Shown here: positions 1-9,783 of the stretch, piece by piece
Layout: every line of letters starts with the position of its first letter
Numbering within the stretch: position 1 is the stretch's first letter
Source: Thainema sp.
GTDB taxonomy: Bacteria > Cyanobacteriota > Cyanobacteriia > Phormidesmidales > Phormidesmidaceae
Length of the DNA: 59,749 bases
Reading direction: 5' to 3'
Assembly (NCBI GenBank): GCA_052168235.1
Contig: JBQLZK010000048.1
Span: 1 to 59,749, forward strand
Program-made: the position numbers and the translations under genes
The notes under the pieces: generated by a model
What the model saw: only the letters and a program-made list of their open reading frames with translations
What the model was told of the DNA's origin: nothing
The model's database searches: none

Positions 1-64
1 GTGTGGCTTTTCCTCTACATTGATCGTACCTTGCCCATTCAGGAATCGCTATAGTAAAGGGAGA

Positions 65-138
65 TTATTTTTTGGAAGCCGCACTTCGCGCGGCTTCCAA
101 AAAATAACTTGTACCTCAGTAGCCTAGGAAAGGCTATA
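65..138. repeat. Palindrome with 18-bp arms followed by a MITE-like end (GTACCTCAGTAGCCTAGGAAAGGCTATAG)
   Basis: TTATTTTTTGGAAGCCGC (65-82) and GCGGCTTCCAAAAAATAA (90-107) are exact reverse complements; loop ACTTCGC; a related end (GTACC...AGGAATCGCTATAG) lies at about 26-54. Confidence 0.75.
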
Positions 139-186
139 GCGTAGTGGGATTTGACACAATAATAGATTTAATCGGCGATTATTATT

Positions 187-654
187 TTATGTTTTTTCTT
201 TTAGTGAAACTTCATTTTTGTTGATCAGAATTTGGATTTCATCTCCGTATTTAATATTAGAAATAGGCGGCGCAATTATTTCTAGTATTGAAGGGTTTTG
301 GAAATGAGACTTTTTAGTCTCTGGATGAGGATAGTAGATCCAACCGTTGAATTCAATGCCTTCAAACAAAAGTTTGCAGGAAGAAAAGGAAAAGTGCTCA
401 GGTGGATGCAATGATGTCCATTCAACATTAAAAAACGTGAACTCTGGATTCTTCATCGTAAAGCAATATGGTTCGATTGAGATATTCAAAGTGCCATCAT
501 AAAAATCAACAAGATCAAGGCCTAGTTGTTTGAAGAAGGGCTTCTGTATTTTGATTGAACTATCTGCATATTGACTGCTTCTCGATTTCCCTGAAGCAAC
601 CTGATGTCCTTTTTGGACGACACCTTTCACCGTAATCCATACACTATTATTCAT
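187..654 (-). CDS. Hypothetical protein resembling CTP-dependent riboflavin kinase fold
   Basis: 155 aa AT-rich ORF; motifs KGVVQKG, GTLNI, LEIIAP and YGDEIQI occur in the same order as in archaeal CTP-dependent riboflavin kinases. Confidence 0.65.
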   Translation of the reverse strand: MNNSVWITVKGVVQKGHQVASGKSRSSQYADSSIKIQKPFFKQLGLDLVDFYDGTLNISIEPYCFTMKNPEFTFFNVEWTSLHPPEHFSFSSCKLLFEGIEFNGWIYYPHPETKKSHFQNPSILEIIAPPISNIKYGDEIQILINKNEVSLKEKT

Positions 655-690
655 GAATTTTCATCCCATAGTTGAGTTCAATTTGTTACT

Positions 691-1284
691 TCACTGATGA
701 ATTTGATTTACTCCTAAGCCTACGAGCTTATCTCGCGCGTTCCCGACCTCAAGTTTGATGTCTATATCTGAAACTGAATTGTTCCAAAAAGTATAAAAAG
801 TTCTGTCTAAGCTCTCAGAAAAAACTTGAGAAGCTGGCTGATTTGATTGAGCCATTATAGCCGCATTATTATGTCCATATAACCAAGGTGACTTATCTGA
901 ATTGTTCCTTACTCTGTATGTATACTAACCCATAAGCAATATTTTATCGTCTAACTTAACTCCTCGTAGAGAAGCTAGTTCGCTATAGTATTTAACAGAA
1001 AGATTCTGTAAGTTTCCAAAGTCAGTAGTGGCTCCTGGATGAAATAAAGCAATTTTTCCTAGCTGATCTAGATTCACAGCATTATGTGGATGTTGTAGTA
1101 ACAGTTCAACTTTTGTATTCTTCTCAGGTAATTTAATTATTACCCGCCTTGCCATGTCTCCTGAATAACGGATTATCTTAGCCTTTGAAATATTATTTGT
1201 CTGCAAATAGTCAATGATAAAATCTGTATTCAAATCATCATCCGAGCTAATTATAATCTCATTTTGATCTAACTTCCTTTTTAA
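691..1284 (-). pseudogene. 5'-truncated AT-rich gene with an internal TAG (probably from TGG)
   Basis: The ORF 925..1233 frame continues past TAG 927-925 as YTYRVRNN...LYGHNNAAI...TFYTFWN to TGA at 693-691; the frame is open upstream to about 1317 without an ATG. Confidence 0.6.
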
Positions 1285-1401
1285 GAGGCAGAGAATCGCG
1301 TACTGCGAGTCATGACTCTAGAAGATGGCGAAACTGTTCACAATGCGTTCTTTGATCGCAACTTTTACAAACGGCAGCAGCGAGGTGAAGAACCCGAATT
1401 A
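1285..1401 (+). pseudogene. 3' remnant of a small toxin-like gene of the type found upstream of DUF2283 genes
   Basis: Reads EAENRVLRVMTLEDGETVHNAFFDRNFYKRQQRGEEPE; in-frame TAA at 1282-1284 just upstream; no intact N-terminus. Confidence 0.55.
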
Positions 1402-1604
1402 AAATCCAGTATTTCCCTGAAACAGACACTCTGGCCATTGAGCTGACTACCCAAACAGTCGCCGCAACAGACACCATCACCGACGACTTGATTGTGGACT
1501 ATGACAGCAGCGGCAAAATCGTTGCGATCACTTTAGATGATTACTCAAAAAACGTAGAAACTATTGATCTTCAAGCCCTAGGTGTAACTGTTTTAGCAGC
1601 GTAA
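1398..1604 (+). pseudogene. DUF2283-family antitoxin-like protein, start codon reads ATT
   Basis: 68 codons (I/M)KIQYFPETDTLAIELTT...DDLIVDYDSSGKIVAITLDD...; absent from the ORF track because it has no ATG start. Confidence 0.65.
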
Positions 1605-1828
1605 GTGCGATCGCAGTTCAATCTAGCTCATGAGTAGTATGCGTGAAGTGGAAAGTGAGATCGCACTTTTGGGCTTTTCCAACGATAAATAAATCTGGAT
1701 TAGCGCCACAGAGCAAAGCCTGTGCCCATTCAGTCACCTGGCCAAACTCATTATGAGTATGAACTGCCGAGATAAAATAGAATAGCAATCCATGTCGCGA
1801 CTGCTCAGTCCAGACTCGCAATTTCGCC

Positions 1829-2089
1829 ATGCGCATTGAAGAGATTCCGATTCGCCAGATTATTCGCCCGCTGTATTGCCAAAATGATGCCGCAAAAGTC
1901 GAGCAACTGATGGACTCGATTCAAGAGATTGGCCTACAAGAACCCATTGATATCTTAGAAGTAGAAGGAAAGTACTATGGATTTTCCGGCTGTCATCGCT
2001 TTGAAGCCTGTAGTCGGCTGGGGCATGACACCATTCGCTGTCGGGTGCGACGTGCGCCGAAGTCGGTGCTGAAGATGCATTTGGCGTAG
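1829..2089 (+). CDS. srxA: Sulfiredoxin (ParB/Srx domain)
   Basis: 86 aa; catalytic YYGFSGCHR motif. Confidence 0.85.
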   Translation: MRIEEIPIRQIIRPLYCQNDAAKVEQLMDSIQEIGLQEPIDILEVEGKYYGFSGCHRFEACSRLGHDTIRCRVRRAPKSVLKMHLA

Positions 2090-2124
2090 GGGTGGATGGG
2101 TGGATGGGTAGATGGGTAGGTGAG
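2089..2124 (+). repeat. Short tandem G-rich octamer repeat (GGATGGGT-like)
   Basis: GGGGTGGATGGGTGGATGGGTAGATGGGTAGGTGAG directly after the srxA stop. Confidence 0.8.
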
Positions 2125-2146
2125 TTTTGTGGATGGGGAGAGGGGT

Positions 2147-2863
2147 ATGGCGCGAACTCATATAGATAAGCCGGAATACGATTGTAGTGAGAAGTTGCGA
2201 TCGCGCATGCAAACGGTTGGTCTATCGAGTTTCAGAGCATTAGCTGAAGCGGCGGGGGTTTCCAATTGGCAGGTGCGGCAGTTACGGCGCGGCAACGTCA
2301 GCGTTATGCGACTGGCGGCGCTGCAAAAATTGAGTCAAGCGCTGAACCTGTCACTACCGGATTTTTTGCAGCAGTTTACTGATGAGCTATCTGATCAATC
2401 GTCAGTGCAAACTGCGGTTCCCACCTCGACCGTATCTGCAACCTCTCAAGCGAGTCCAACAGCCGCTGCTGAACCCGACGCATCACTCAAGCGCGAGTAT
2501 GAACGTCTCCAGCGACAGCTTGAAACCCAAAAGTCTCAGCTTGAAGAAGCCTTTCAACGAGAAAGCTTACAGCAAATTGAATCCTGGCTGACTTTTTGGC
2601 CAACTGCCGTTCGCCGTGTTCAAGAGAATCCAGATGATATCCCTATAGATAAACTTCTGCTATTGCTCCGTCCAATTGACAAGCTGCTCGAAAGCTGGGG
2701 CGTCAGCACAATTTCAGAAGTGGATGCAGAAATTCCCTATGATCCACAGCAGCATCAACTGATGAATGGTGACGCTGAACCGGGCGATCTCGTCAAAGTG
2801 CGAAATGTGGGCTATCGACACGGCGATCGGTTGCTCCATCGGGCCAAGGTCAGCCCAAAATAA
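2147..2863 (+). CDS. XRE-family HTH protein with C-terminal GrpE-like domain
   Basis: N-terminal HTH (FRALAEAAGVSNWQVRQLRRG), coiled coil, GrpE-type C-terminus (YDPQQHQ...VRNVGY...LLHRAKV); ATG 2147 preferred over GTG 2120. Confidence 0.75.
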   Translation: MARTHIDKPEYDCSEKLRSRMQTVGLSSFRALAEAAGVSNWQVRQLRRGNVSVMRLAALQKLSQALNLSLPDFLQQFTDELSDQSSVQTAVPTSTVSATSQASPTAAAEPDASLKREYERLQRQLETQKSQLEEAFQRESLQQIESWLTFWPTAVRRVQENPDDIPIDKLLLLLRPIDKLLESWGVSTISEVDAEIPYDPQQHQLMNGDAEPGDLVKVRNVGYRHGDRLLHRAKVSPK

Positions 2864-2918
2864 GACAAAAGTATTTGAATCACCCTCTAAACTGGTGAGA
2901 GAGCATAGGATCTAAATG

Positions 2919-3022
2919 ATACGAAGTCCAGTTGAAAACCCATAATTCAATTTTCTGTAAAATGCTTGCCGAGCAGCATTTCGCAGAAAATTGAATTGGG
3001 TTCTTATCCACAGACTTCATAT
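2919..3022 (+). mobile_element. MITE-like element, shell family 1, copy A
   Basis: Ends ATACGAAGTCCAGTTGAAAACCC and GGGTTCTTATCCACAGACTTCATAT; internal arms AATTCAATTTTCTG (2944-2957) and CAGAAAATTGAATT (2984-2997). Confidence 0.65.
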
Positions 3023-3060
3023 TAGTAAGCTTTCACCTGTATCCCCATCAGCCCAACTTC

Positions 3061-4947
3061 ATGTTGACCTCCCTTCAAATTGAAAATTTTGCCTTGATTG
3101 ATGCGCTGACCCTCGATTTTGGGTTGGGGCTGAATGTCCTCACTGGAGAAACAGGAGCGGGCAAGTCGATTATTCTGGACGCGATCGATGCCGTCTTGGG
3201 CGGTAAAGTGTCGCGGCGATTTGTGCGGACGGGAGCAGACCGGGCACTGATTGAAGCCACGTTTCACATTAATCCGGAGCTGATGGCAGGCGATCTAGAT
3301 GCCGACATCTCGCTGGAAAACAATCAGCTTGTTTGTACCCGTGAGATGACCGTCAGCGGCAACAGCGTCCGCAATCGTTCCAAAGTGAACGGCATCCAGG
3401 TGAATAAGCAGCAGATGGAAGCCCTGCGCGATCGCTTAGTTGAGATCACCGCTCAGGGGCAAACGATGCAGCTCGGTCGCGCTTCTCTCCAGCGCGAGTG
3501 GCTAGACGGCTTTGGCGGCAGTGAGGTACTACAGCAACGCGATAAGGTAGCAACAGCTTACGCAGCAGCGCAGCAAGCGCTTCAGCGATTGGAAAAGCGG
3601 CGGCAGGCGGAACAGGAACGGCTCCAGCAGCTTGACCTGTTTGAGTATCAGGCTAAAGAGCTGGCTCAGGCAGCGCTGACGGAACCGGACGAGCTAGAGC
3701 AGCTAGAGCAGGAATATCAGCGGTTGTCCCACAGCGTCGAACTGCAGCAGCAGAGCTATGAGGTCTATCAGGCGCTGTATCAAAACGAGCATGGTGGCGA
3801 TGCCTGTGCTGATTTGCTGGGCCGAGCCGAAGACCTGCTCAGCGATATGCTGCAGTACGACCCACAGATTCAGTCTGTCCTCGATATGGTGGCGAATGCC
3901 CTGGCACAGGTAGAAGAAGCGGGACGCCAGATCAACGCTTACGGTGCCGACATTGAAACCGATCCGGAACGTCTCCAGGAAATTGAACAGCGAATCAGCG
4001 TCTTGAAGCAAATTTGCCGCAAGTACGGCCCAACCCTGGCAGATGCGATCGTATATGACCAAAAAATTCGCGCTGATCTCGACGAAATCACGGGCGGCAG
4101 TCAGTCTGTGGAAGAACTGGAGCAGACCTATCGCGAAAAGCAAGCCGTACTGGAGTCGGCCTGTGAAAAGCTGTCCCAAATGCGACGGAAAACGGCCCAG
4201 CAGCTTGAACAGCGGCTGATTGAAGAACTGAAACCGCTGGCAATGGACAAGGTGCAGTTTACGGTGCAGCTTGTGCCGATTACGCCCACCAGTCACGGTG
4301 CGGATCGGGTGACGTTTCTGTTTAGTCCTAACCCCGGTGAACCGCCGCAGCCGCTGGATGAGGTGGCCTCCGGGGGTGAAATGAGCCGCTTTTTGCTAGC
4401 GTTCAAAGCCTGCTTCTCCCAGGTGGATGCTGTGGGCACAATGGTGTTCGACGAAATTGACGTGGGCGTATCCGGTCGCGTCGCCCAAGCGATCGCAGAA
4501 AAGCTGCATCACCTCAGCCGCAGTCACCAGGTGCTTTGCGTTACCCACCAGCCCCTGGTCGCCGCAATGGCCGATCAGCATTTCCGGGTCAACAAGCAGG
4601 TGATTGAAGAAACCTCTGCCGCTAGCTCTGCCAAAAACGGCAAGACCAAGAAAGCCACAGCCGAAGACATTCGTACCGTTGTACGCGTCGCCCCGCTGGA
4701 TACCGACGAGCGGCGGGAAGAACTGGCCCAGCTAGCGGGTGGCCCGACAGCACAGGAGGCAATCACCTTTGCTGATGCCCTGTTGTCCCAGGCCAATACG
4801 ATACGGGAATCGCGCTCATTCGAAGTGGCAGAACAGAACGGCAAGGGGTCTGCCAACGGAAACTCCAGTGCAACATCGGCATCTAGCTCGACTTCCACCC
4901 AATCCCGCTCTAAATCCTCCCGCTCCCGATCAAAATCCAAACGTTAG
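3061..4947 (+). CDS. recN: DNA repair protein RecN
   Basis: Walker A GETGAGKS, signature SGGE, Walker B FDEID, central coiled coil. Confidence 0.95.
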   Translation: MLTSLQIENFALIDALTLDFGLGLNVLTGETGAGKSIILDAIDAVLGGKVSRRFVRTGADRALIEATFHINPELMAGDLDADISLENNQLVCTREMTVSGNSVRNRSKVNGIQVNKQQMEALRDRLVEITAQGQTMQLGRASLQREWLDGFGGSEVLQQRDKVATAYAAAQQALQRLEKRRQAEQERLQQLDLFEYQAKELAQAALTEPDELEQLEQEYQRLSHSVELQQQSYEVYQALYQNEHGGDACADLLGRAEDLLSDMLQYDPQIQSVLDMVANALAQVEEAGRQINAYGADIETDPERLQEIEQRISVLKQICRKYGPTLADAIVYDQKIRADLDEITGGSQSVEELEQTYREKQAVLESACEKLSQMRRKTAQQLEQRLIEELKPLAMDKVQFTVQLVPITPTSHGADRVTFLFSPNPGEPPQPLDEVASGGEMSRFLLAFKACFSQVDAVGTMVFDEIDVGVSGRVAQAIAEKLHHLSRSHQVLCVTHQPLVAAMADQHFRVNKQVIEETSAASSAKNGKTKKATAEDIRTVVRVAPLDTDERREELAQLAGGPTAQEAITFADALLSQANTIRESRSFEVAEQNGKGSANGNSSATSASSSTSTQSRSKSSRSRSKSKR

Positions 4948-4969
4948 TCGCCACCGTACCGTCGCCTTC

Positions 4970-6442
4970 ATGTTTCAAGCTACCCGTCGTCGATTAGCGC
5001 TTTGGTATGCTGCCGTGACCGCCGTCCTGCTGCTGCTGTTTGCTAGCGGCTTTTACTGGTATGTGCGGACAACACTGGTCGAGCGGATTGACGATACGCT
5101 GAGCCATGTAGTGGAAGTAGTACAGCGATCGCTCGTGATTGAGCCCGATCAAGACCAGTTATCTGATTCAATGGCCTACCCGCTGATGCACGTCAACGTC
5201 GAGGCCAGCTTCCGCAACAACGCCGATACGGTCGAAGATGACCACATCGACCTGGAATGGTTTAGCCCGACCGGAGAGCTACTGTGGACGACGTTTTCAA
5301 CCCCGATCGACGTGCCCGTTCACGTCAATCCCAAAGGTGAGACGGTACATACTACGCCCGATCATCTAATGCGGCAGGTAACGCAGCGGCTGCAGATGGG
5401 GCGGCAGGTGCTGGGCTATCTGCGGGTCAGCCATCCCTGGTTTGAGGTAACGAAACCAACTCGTCGGCTGCTGCTGGATTTGGGGATTGGCATTGTGCTG
5501 ATTGTGGCAACCGTCGGGGGGCTGGGCTGGTTTTTGTCTGGACTTGCGATCGCACCTGTACGGGAGTCATATCAGCAGCTCAAGCAGTTCACGGCGGATG
5601 CCTCTCACGAACTGCGGAATCCAATTGCGGTGATTCAAACCAATGTGCAGGTGGCGCTGGCTGATCCAAAACTGGATGCCGATTTTCAGCGCTATCAGCT
5701 CAAGGTGATCGAGCGATTAACTCGACGGCTAGGGCATTTGGTAGACGACCTGCTGTTTCTGGCCCGTCAGGATAGCGGCATGAGTCCGCCTCAGTTTCAG
5801 CCTGTGGAGATGGATGCGCTGCTAGTGCAGGTGCTGGAGGAACAGCAGGCCATTGCCCTGGATAAGTCCATTACTCTGTCGCTTCAGTTGGACGAAGAAG
5901 CGAAGGTTGAACCCGCTGCCCCCCGTTCGTCCTTGCCCGTTTCGGCGACGACCACCGTTGGAACGGCTGCTAGCCCCGCTGTTGAACTGGATGCGGCTCT
6001 GACAATTATGGGCGATCGCGATCAGCTAATTCGGCTGCTCACCAACTTAGTGAGCAATGCCATTCAATACACTCCGGCTGAGGGAGACGTAGAACTCAGT
6101 GCCTGCTGGATAATGGCACCACAGCCAACCCTCCAGGTGCAGGTTCGCGATACGGGAGTTGGCATTCCGGCAGAGTCTTTACCGCTGCTATTTGATCGGT
6201 TCTATCGTGTTGATCCAGCCCGAACTCATAACCAACAATCCCAAACGGCGAAGAGTACCGGATCGGGCTTGGGACTTGCGATCGCACAGGTAATCGTGAC
6301 CAATCATCACGGTTTCATCCGCATTGACAGCGTGGTGAATCAAGGCACAACTGTAACCGTAACGCTGCCCCAATCGCAGGAAGCTGCTCGGAATGGCTTG
6401 CCTAATTCCGCAAAACCAAAGGTCAAGCAAAATCTGGGTTGA
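4970..6442 (+). CDS. Membrane sensor histidine kinase, ManS/Hik27-like
   Basis: Two TM segments, H-box DASHELRNP, N/G boxes; start at ATG 4970 (MFQATRRRLALWY) avoids overlap with recN. Confidence 0.85.
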   Translation: MFQATRRRLALWYAAVTAVLLLLFASGFYWYVRTTLVERIDDTLSHVVEVVQRSLVIEPDQDQLSDSMAYPLMHVNVEASFRNNADTVEDDHIDLEWFSPTGELLWTTFSTPIDVPVHVNPKGETVHTTPDHLMRQVTQRLQMGRQVLGYLRVSHPWFEVTKPTRRLLLDLGIGIVLIVATVGGLGWFLSGLAIAPVRESYQQLKQFTADASHELRNPIAVIQTNVQVALADPKLDADFQRYQLKVIERLTRRLGHLVDDLLFLARQDSGMSPPQFQPVEMDALLVQVLEEQQAIALDKSITLSLQLDEEAKVEPAAPRSSLPVSATTTVGTAASPAVELDAALTIMGDRDQLIRLLTNLVSNAIQYTPAEGDVELSACWIMAPQPTLQVQVRDTGVGIPAESLPLLFDRFYRVDPARTHNQQSQTAKSTGSGLGLAIAQVIVTNHHGFIRIDSVVNQGTTVTVTLPQSQEAARNGLPNSAKPKVKQNLG

Positions 6443-6710
6443 AATTAATCCCTGCCCGTAGAAAGAGATCAGCCGCTCAAAATGTACCGGAAGTAGAAGC
6501 GCATTGATCCCCATTGATAGATGTGGTCAAACTTTAAGATTTGTAATATTTGATCAGGTTCAATCTAGTTGCACCTGCAATTCGTTAGGTAATTGGCAAC
6601 TGCTAACAATTGCGATCGCTGGATGAAAGCTGAGTGGTAGTCGTATGGGCTACGCTCCCCCTTACGTCTTAGGTGAAAGACGTTCAAACGCAACGTTTAA
6701 GAGGTTTTCT

Positions 6711-7577
6711 ATGACAATTGCAATTAAAGAAGACATTGTATATATCCTGCTGCAAAAAGTTCGGGAATCCGAGGGCGAACAGGGGTTAAATATTTCCCAA
6801 ACAGACTTTGCAGGTCGGCAAGTTGGCACCCGTGATCTGCTTGGACACCTCGATTTTTTGAATCAAAAGCAATACATTGATGCTGACTTTGCGGGAAACG
6901 CTTATGCGACCCAAGCGGATGTGCCATCGGTCGTCAATCCAGATGAGTTTGATCTGCGGATTGCGAATACGCTCGGATCAAGCGATGGCCCACTCCCCCA
7001 CCTGATTGCTTTCAAAAAAGCCGATCTGACTGAGAAAGGCCGCAAAATGCTGCAAAAGATGGAAGAGAATCCACCTAAAGCACTGAAAGAAGGTCCTAGT
7101 ATCCCGATTGTTGACGAGCACATGCCCTTTTTAGAAAAGGTGATGCTCAAAGGCAATCTAGAAGACATTTTTGATGCTAGAGATGCAACGAATGTTGTGT
7201 TTCGCGTGATGCGAGATTTGATGACGACTGAGACATCGGATCGCGTTGCAGCCGATCTATCGGGAACAGAAGCGGCAGAAAGCAAGGACAAGTCCCTACA
7301 AATGGATATGTCCGAGTTATGGAAAGATATGAATCCGATCGTAGGCTTTTTAAGTCGGGTTCGTCCGCCCTGGCAAGGTCCTGGCATCTTCAAAATTGAA
7401 GATCACGACTTCTTTTTCCGCGTCGCCCGTGAAGGTGGTTTACCTCCCTCAACAAATGGTGAAACTGTGACAGCGGCTGTGTTCTCTGCCACCAAAGAGC
7501 AGTTGTCACCAGAGCGCATTGAAGAGGTTGCCAGTTGGTTACCCGGCAAGGTCAGAACCTTGTGGGAAAAATCATAA
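6711..7577 (+). CDS. DUF2267-domain protein with N-terminal extension
   Basis: C-terminal half FLEKVMLKG...ATNVVFRVMRD...AVFSATKEQL...LPGKVRTLW; GAGG RBS upstream of ATG 6711. Confidence 0.7.
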   Translation: MTIAIKEDIVYILLQKVRESEGEQGLNISQTDFAGRQVGTRDLLGHLDFLNQKQYIDADFAGNAYATQADVPSVVNPDEFDLRIANTLGSSDGPLPHLIAFKKADLTEKGRKMLQKMEENPPKALKEGPSIPIVDEHMPFLEKVMLKGNLEDIFDARDATNVVFRVMRDLMTTETSDRVAADLSGTEAAESKDKSLQMDMSELWKDMNPIVGFLSRVRPPWQGPGIFKIEDHDFFFRVAREGGLPPSTNGETVTAAVFSATKEQLSPERIEEVASWLPGKVRTLWEKS

Positions 7578-7666
7578 GCGTAGACATAAGCGTAACTTTG
7601 AGACATAGCCCAACTCACAGCTCAATTGAGAGAGATCCAATCGCCGTGTGAATGGATTCCTCGCTT

Positions 7667-7691
7667 ATCGCCCCAATGGGGCGATTTTTTT
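7667..7691 (+). terminator. Rho-independent terminator
   Basis: Hairpin ATCGCCCC-AAT-GGGGCGAT followed by a T-run, 90 bp after the DUF2267 stop. Confidence 0.75.
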
Positions 7692-7772
7692 GTTGCGTTT
7701 AAAATCACTAGATTGAGGTTTTCATGTCAAGATCGAAAGGGTTTGATTGGGGAGGGAGATGCGATCGCACCC

Positions 7773-9209
7773 ATGACCGCAACACCAAGACTACCGCTAG
7801 GCAAAATCGTGGGTGGGCGGTATCAAATCATGGCGCATTTGGGCGGTGGTGGGTTTGGCCAAACTTACCTCGCCCTTGATCAGCATTTGCCCTACAACCC
7901 CAAATGTGTGGTGAAGCACCTGCAGCCGGAACTGTCGGATCAGGTAAGTTTGGAAACGGCTCAGCGACTATTTGAAGCTGAAGCCGAAGTGCTGTATCAC
8001 TTTGGCGATTGCGATCGCATTCCGCGCCTGTTTGCCCATTTTGAAGAAGGCCCAGATTTTTATCTGGTGCAGGAGTATGTTGACGGTGATAACTTGGGGC
8101 AAGAATCGGTCTTGGGCCAGCCCCAGACGGAGCAGTACACCATGCAACTGCTGCGGGAAATTTTAGAAATTCTGGTCGTTGTCCATCAGCGCAATGTGAT
8201 TCACCGCGACATCAAGCCCTCGAATCTGATCCGTCGTCGGGCCGATGACAGACTGGTGCTGATTGACTTCGGCGCAGTGAAGCAGTTGGGAACGCGCGTG
8301 ATCGGGGTGCAGGGCAACACGACCCGCACGATTGCAATCGGTTCACCCGGTTACATGCCCAACGAGCAGTCTGCTGGACGGCCCCGCTTCAGCAGCGACA
8401 TTTATGCAGTTGGCATGATTGGCATTCAGGCGTTGACGGGCAAGCATCCCAAGACGCTGCCCGAAGATCACCACACCTGCGAAATCCTCTGGCGAGACGG
8501 CATTCAGGCTAGTTCAGCCCTGTGCGAAGTGCTGGATCGGATGGTGCGCTACGATTTTCGCGATCGCTATCCCACGGCGGCGGAAGCGTTGGCGGCGTTG
8601 GATCAGCTCATGCCGCTCCAGTCCTCTCTGATTCATCAACCGGGCAGCACTGCGCGAACCGCCCAGTTTGCCCCAACCAGTTTATCCAATCAGGTGTTTC
8701 TTGATTCCGCCTGCAATATTGACTATCGCCCCCTACAAGCTTTGCTGGAAGCAGGTCGCTGGCAAGAAGCGGATCGCGAAACCTACCAAATGATGCTGGC
8801 GGCGCGTAGCCTCCAACCTGGAGCCCGACTCAGCGCGGCTGATCTGGAGGCATTTCCCTGTCGCGATTTGCGGACGCTGGATTATCTCTGGGTGAACTGG
8901 AGCGGCGGGCGGTTTGGCTTTAGCATTCAAAAGCAAATCTGGCGTGAGGTGGGTGGCCGCACCGACATGAACTACGCTAATTTGCAGCTTCTGGGACGCG
9001 GTGGTCGCTCAGGCTGGCGGATCAACGGCCCCATTGAACGCTTTGGGAATCGAGTCGGTTGGCGCGATCGCAGTGAATGGCTCGGCTTTGATGCTCTCGA
9101 ATTTAACACCAGTGCTGTCGATGGACACCTACCCACTTGGCATTTGGGTGCCATTGGCATAGCCCAAATGGTGCGTTTTTTTGCTCGGCTTGATGATTGT
9201 TTACTGTAG
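7773..9209 (+). CDS. Ser/Thr protein kinase with C-terminal GUN4 domain
   Basis: GGGGFG, HRDIKPSN and DFG motifs; GUN4 motifs WQEADRET and SGGRFGFSIQKQIW. Confidence 0.9.
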   Translation: MTATPRLPLGKIVGGRYQIMAHLGGGGFGQTYLALDQHLPYNPKCVVKHLQPELSDQVSLETAQRLFEAEAEVLYHFGDCDRIPRLFAHFEEGPDFYLVQEYVDGDNLGQESVLGQPQTEQYTMQLLREILEILVVVHQRNVIHRDIKPSNLIRRRADDRLVLIDFGAVKQLGTRVIGVQGNTTRTIAIGSPGYMPNEQSAGRPRFSSDIYAVGMIGIQALTGKHPKTLPEDHHTCEILWRDGIQASSALCEVLDRMVRYDFRDRYPTAAEALAALDQLMPLQSSLIHQPGSTARTAQFAPTSLSNQVFLDSACNIDYRPLQALLEAGRWQEADRETYQMMLAARSLQPGARLSAADLEAFPCRDLRTLDYLWVNWSGGRFGFSIQKQIWREVGGRTDMNYANLQLLGRGGRSGWRINGPIERFGNRVGWRDRSEWLGFDALEFNTSAVDGHLPTWHLGAIGIAQMVRFFARLDDCLL

Positions 9210-9783
9210 GAAGTGAGGGGTGAGGCGAGAGGAGTGAGAAGTAATGGAGGCATACAAAAATAGTGAATTTGTCATACTTCGTAGTCTTTTGATGAAGGAT
9301 GGGCAAATTAAATGAAGCTACCTATAAATTTGTTCAAGATGCAAAATATGGTGCCAAATGCAACAGTTTATCTTTGTATTCTTGGACAAGATTAAGTTGC
9401 TGAGCGATGTAAACACTCAACTCAACCAGTCGTTTGATGGCAGTGGTTTGATCGCTGGATCTCACTAAACTCAATAACTGCAATTCGGTTACTCAACCAA
9501 ATTGATGGTGCGCGTTGTGGCGCTATTTAGGACGTTCAATGCTCATCCTGCTGATCAGCTGGATTAAGGTACAAGTGATTGCGTCAAGCCAGCAACTACC
9601 AACAGGTTCTCACGGATTCAGCATCTGATGGCTTTGGTATACGCAGACTTAATCAAATATTTCTGTTACGTACTATACAAATGTGTTATGGTTTCAGCAT
9701 AAATGGTCGCCTAGCCGTCACGCTAGACTCCCTCAGGTTGATGATCCGGCTTCAGTTACCTGCTTCAGTACAAGGAGATTCCC

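Noticed and set aside
4739..4969. N-terminal extension of the histidine kinase ORF
   Set aside because: It overlaps the recN 3' end; ATG 4970 gives a typical N-terminus.
6550..6563. FNR-like box TTGATCAGGTTCAA
   Set aside because: One mismatch, single instance and no supporting context.
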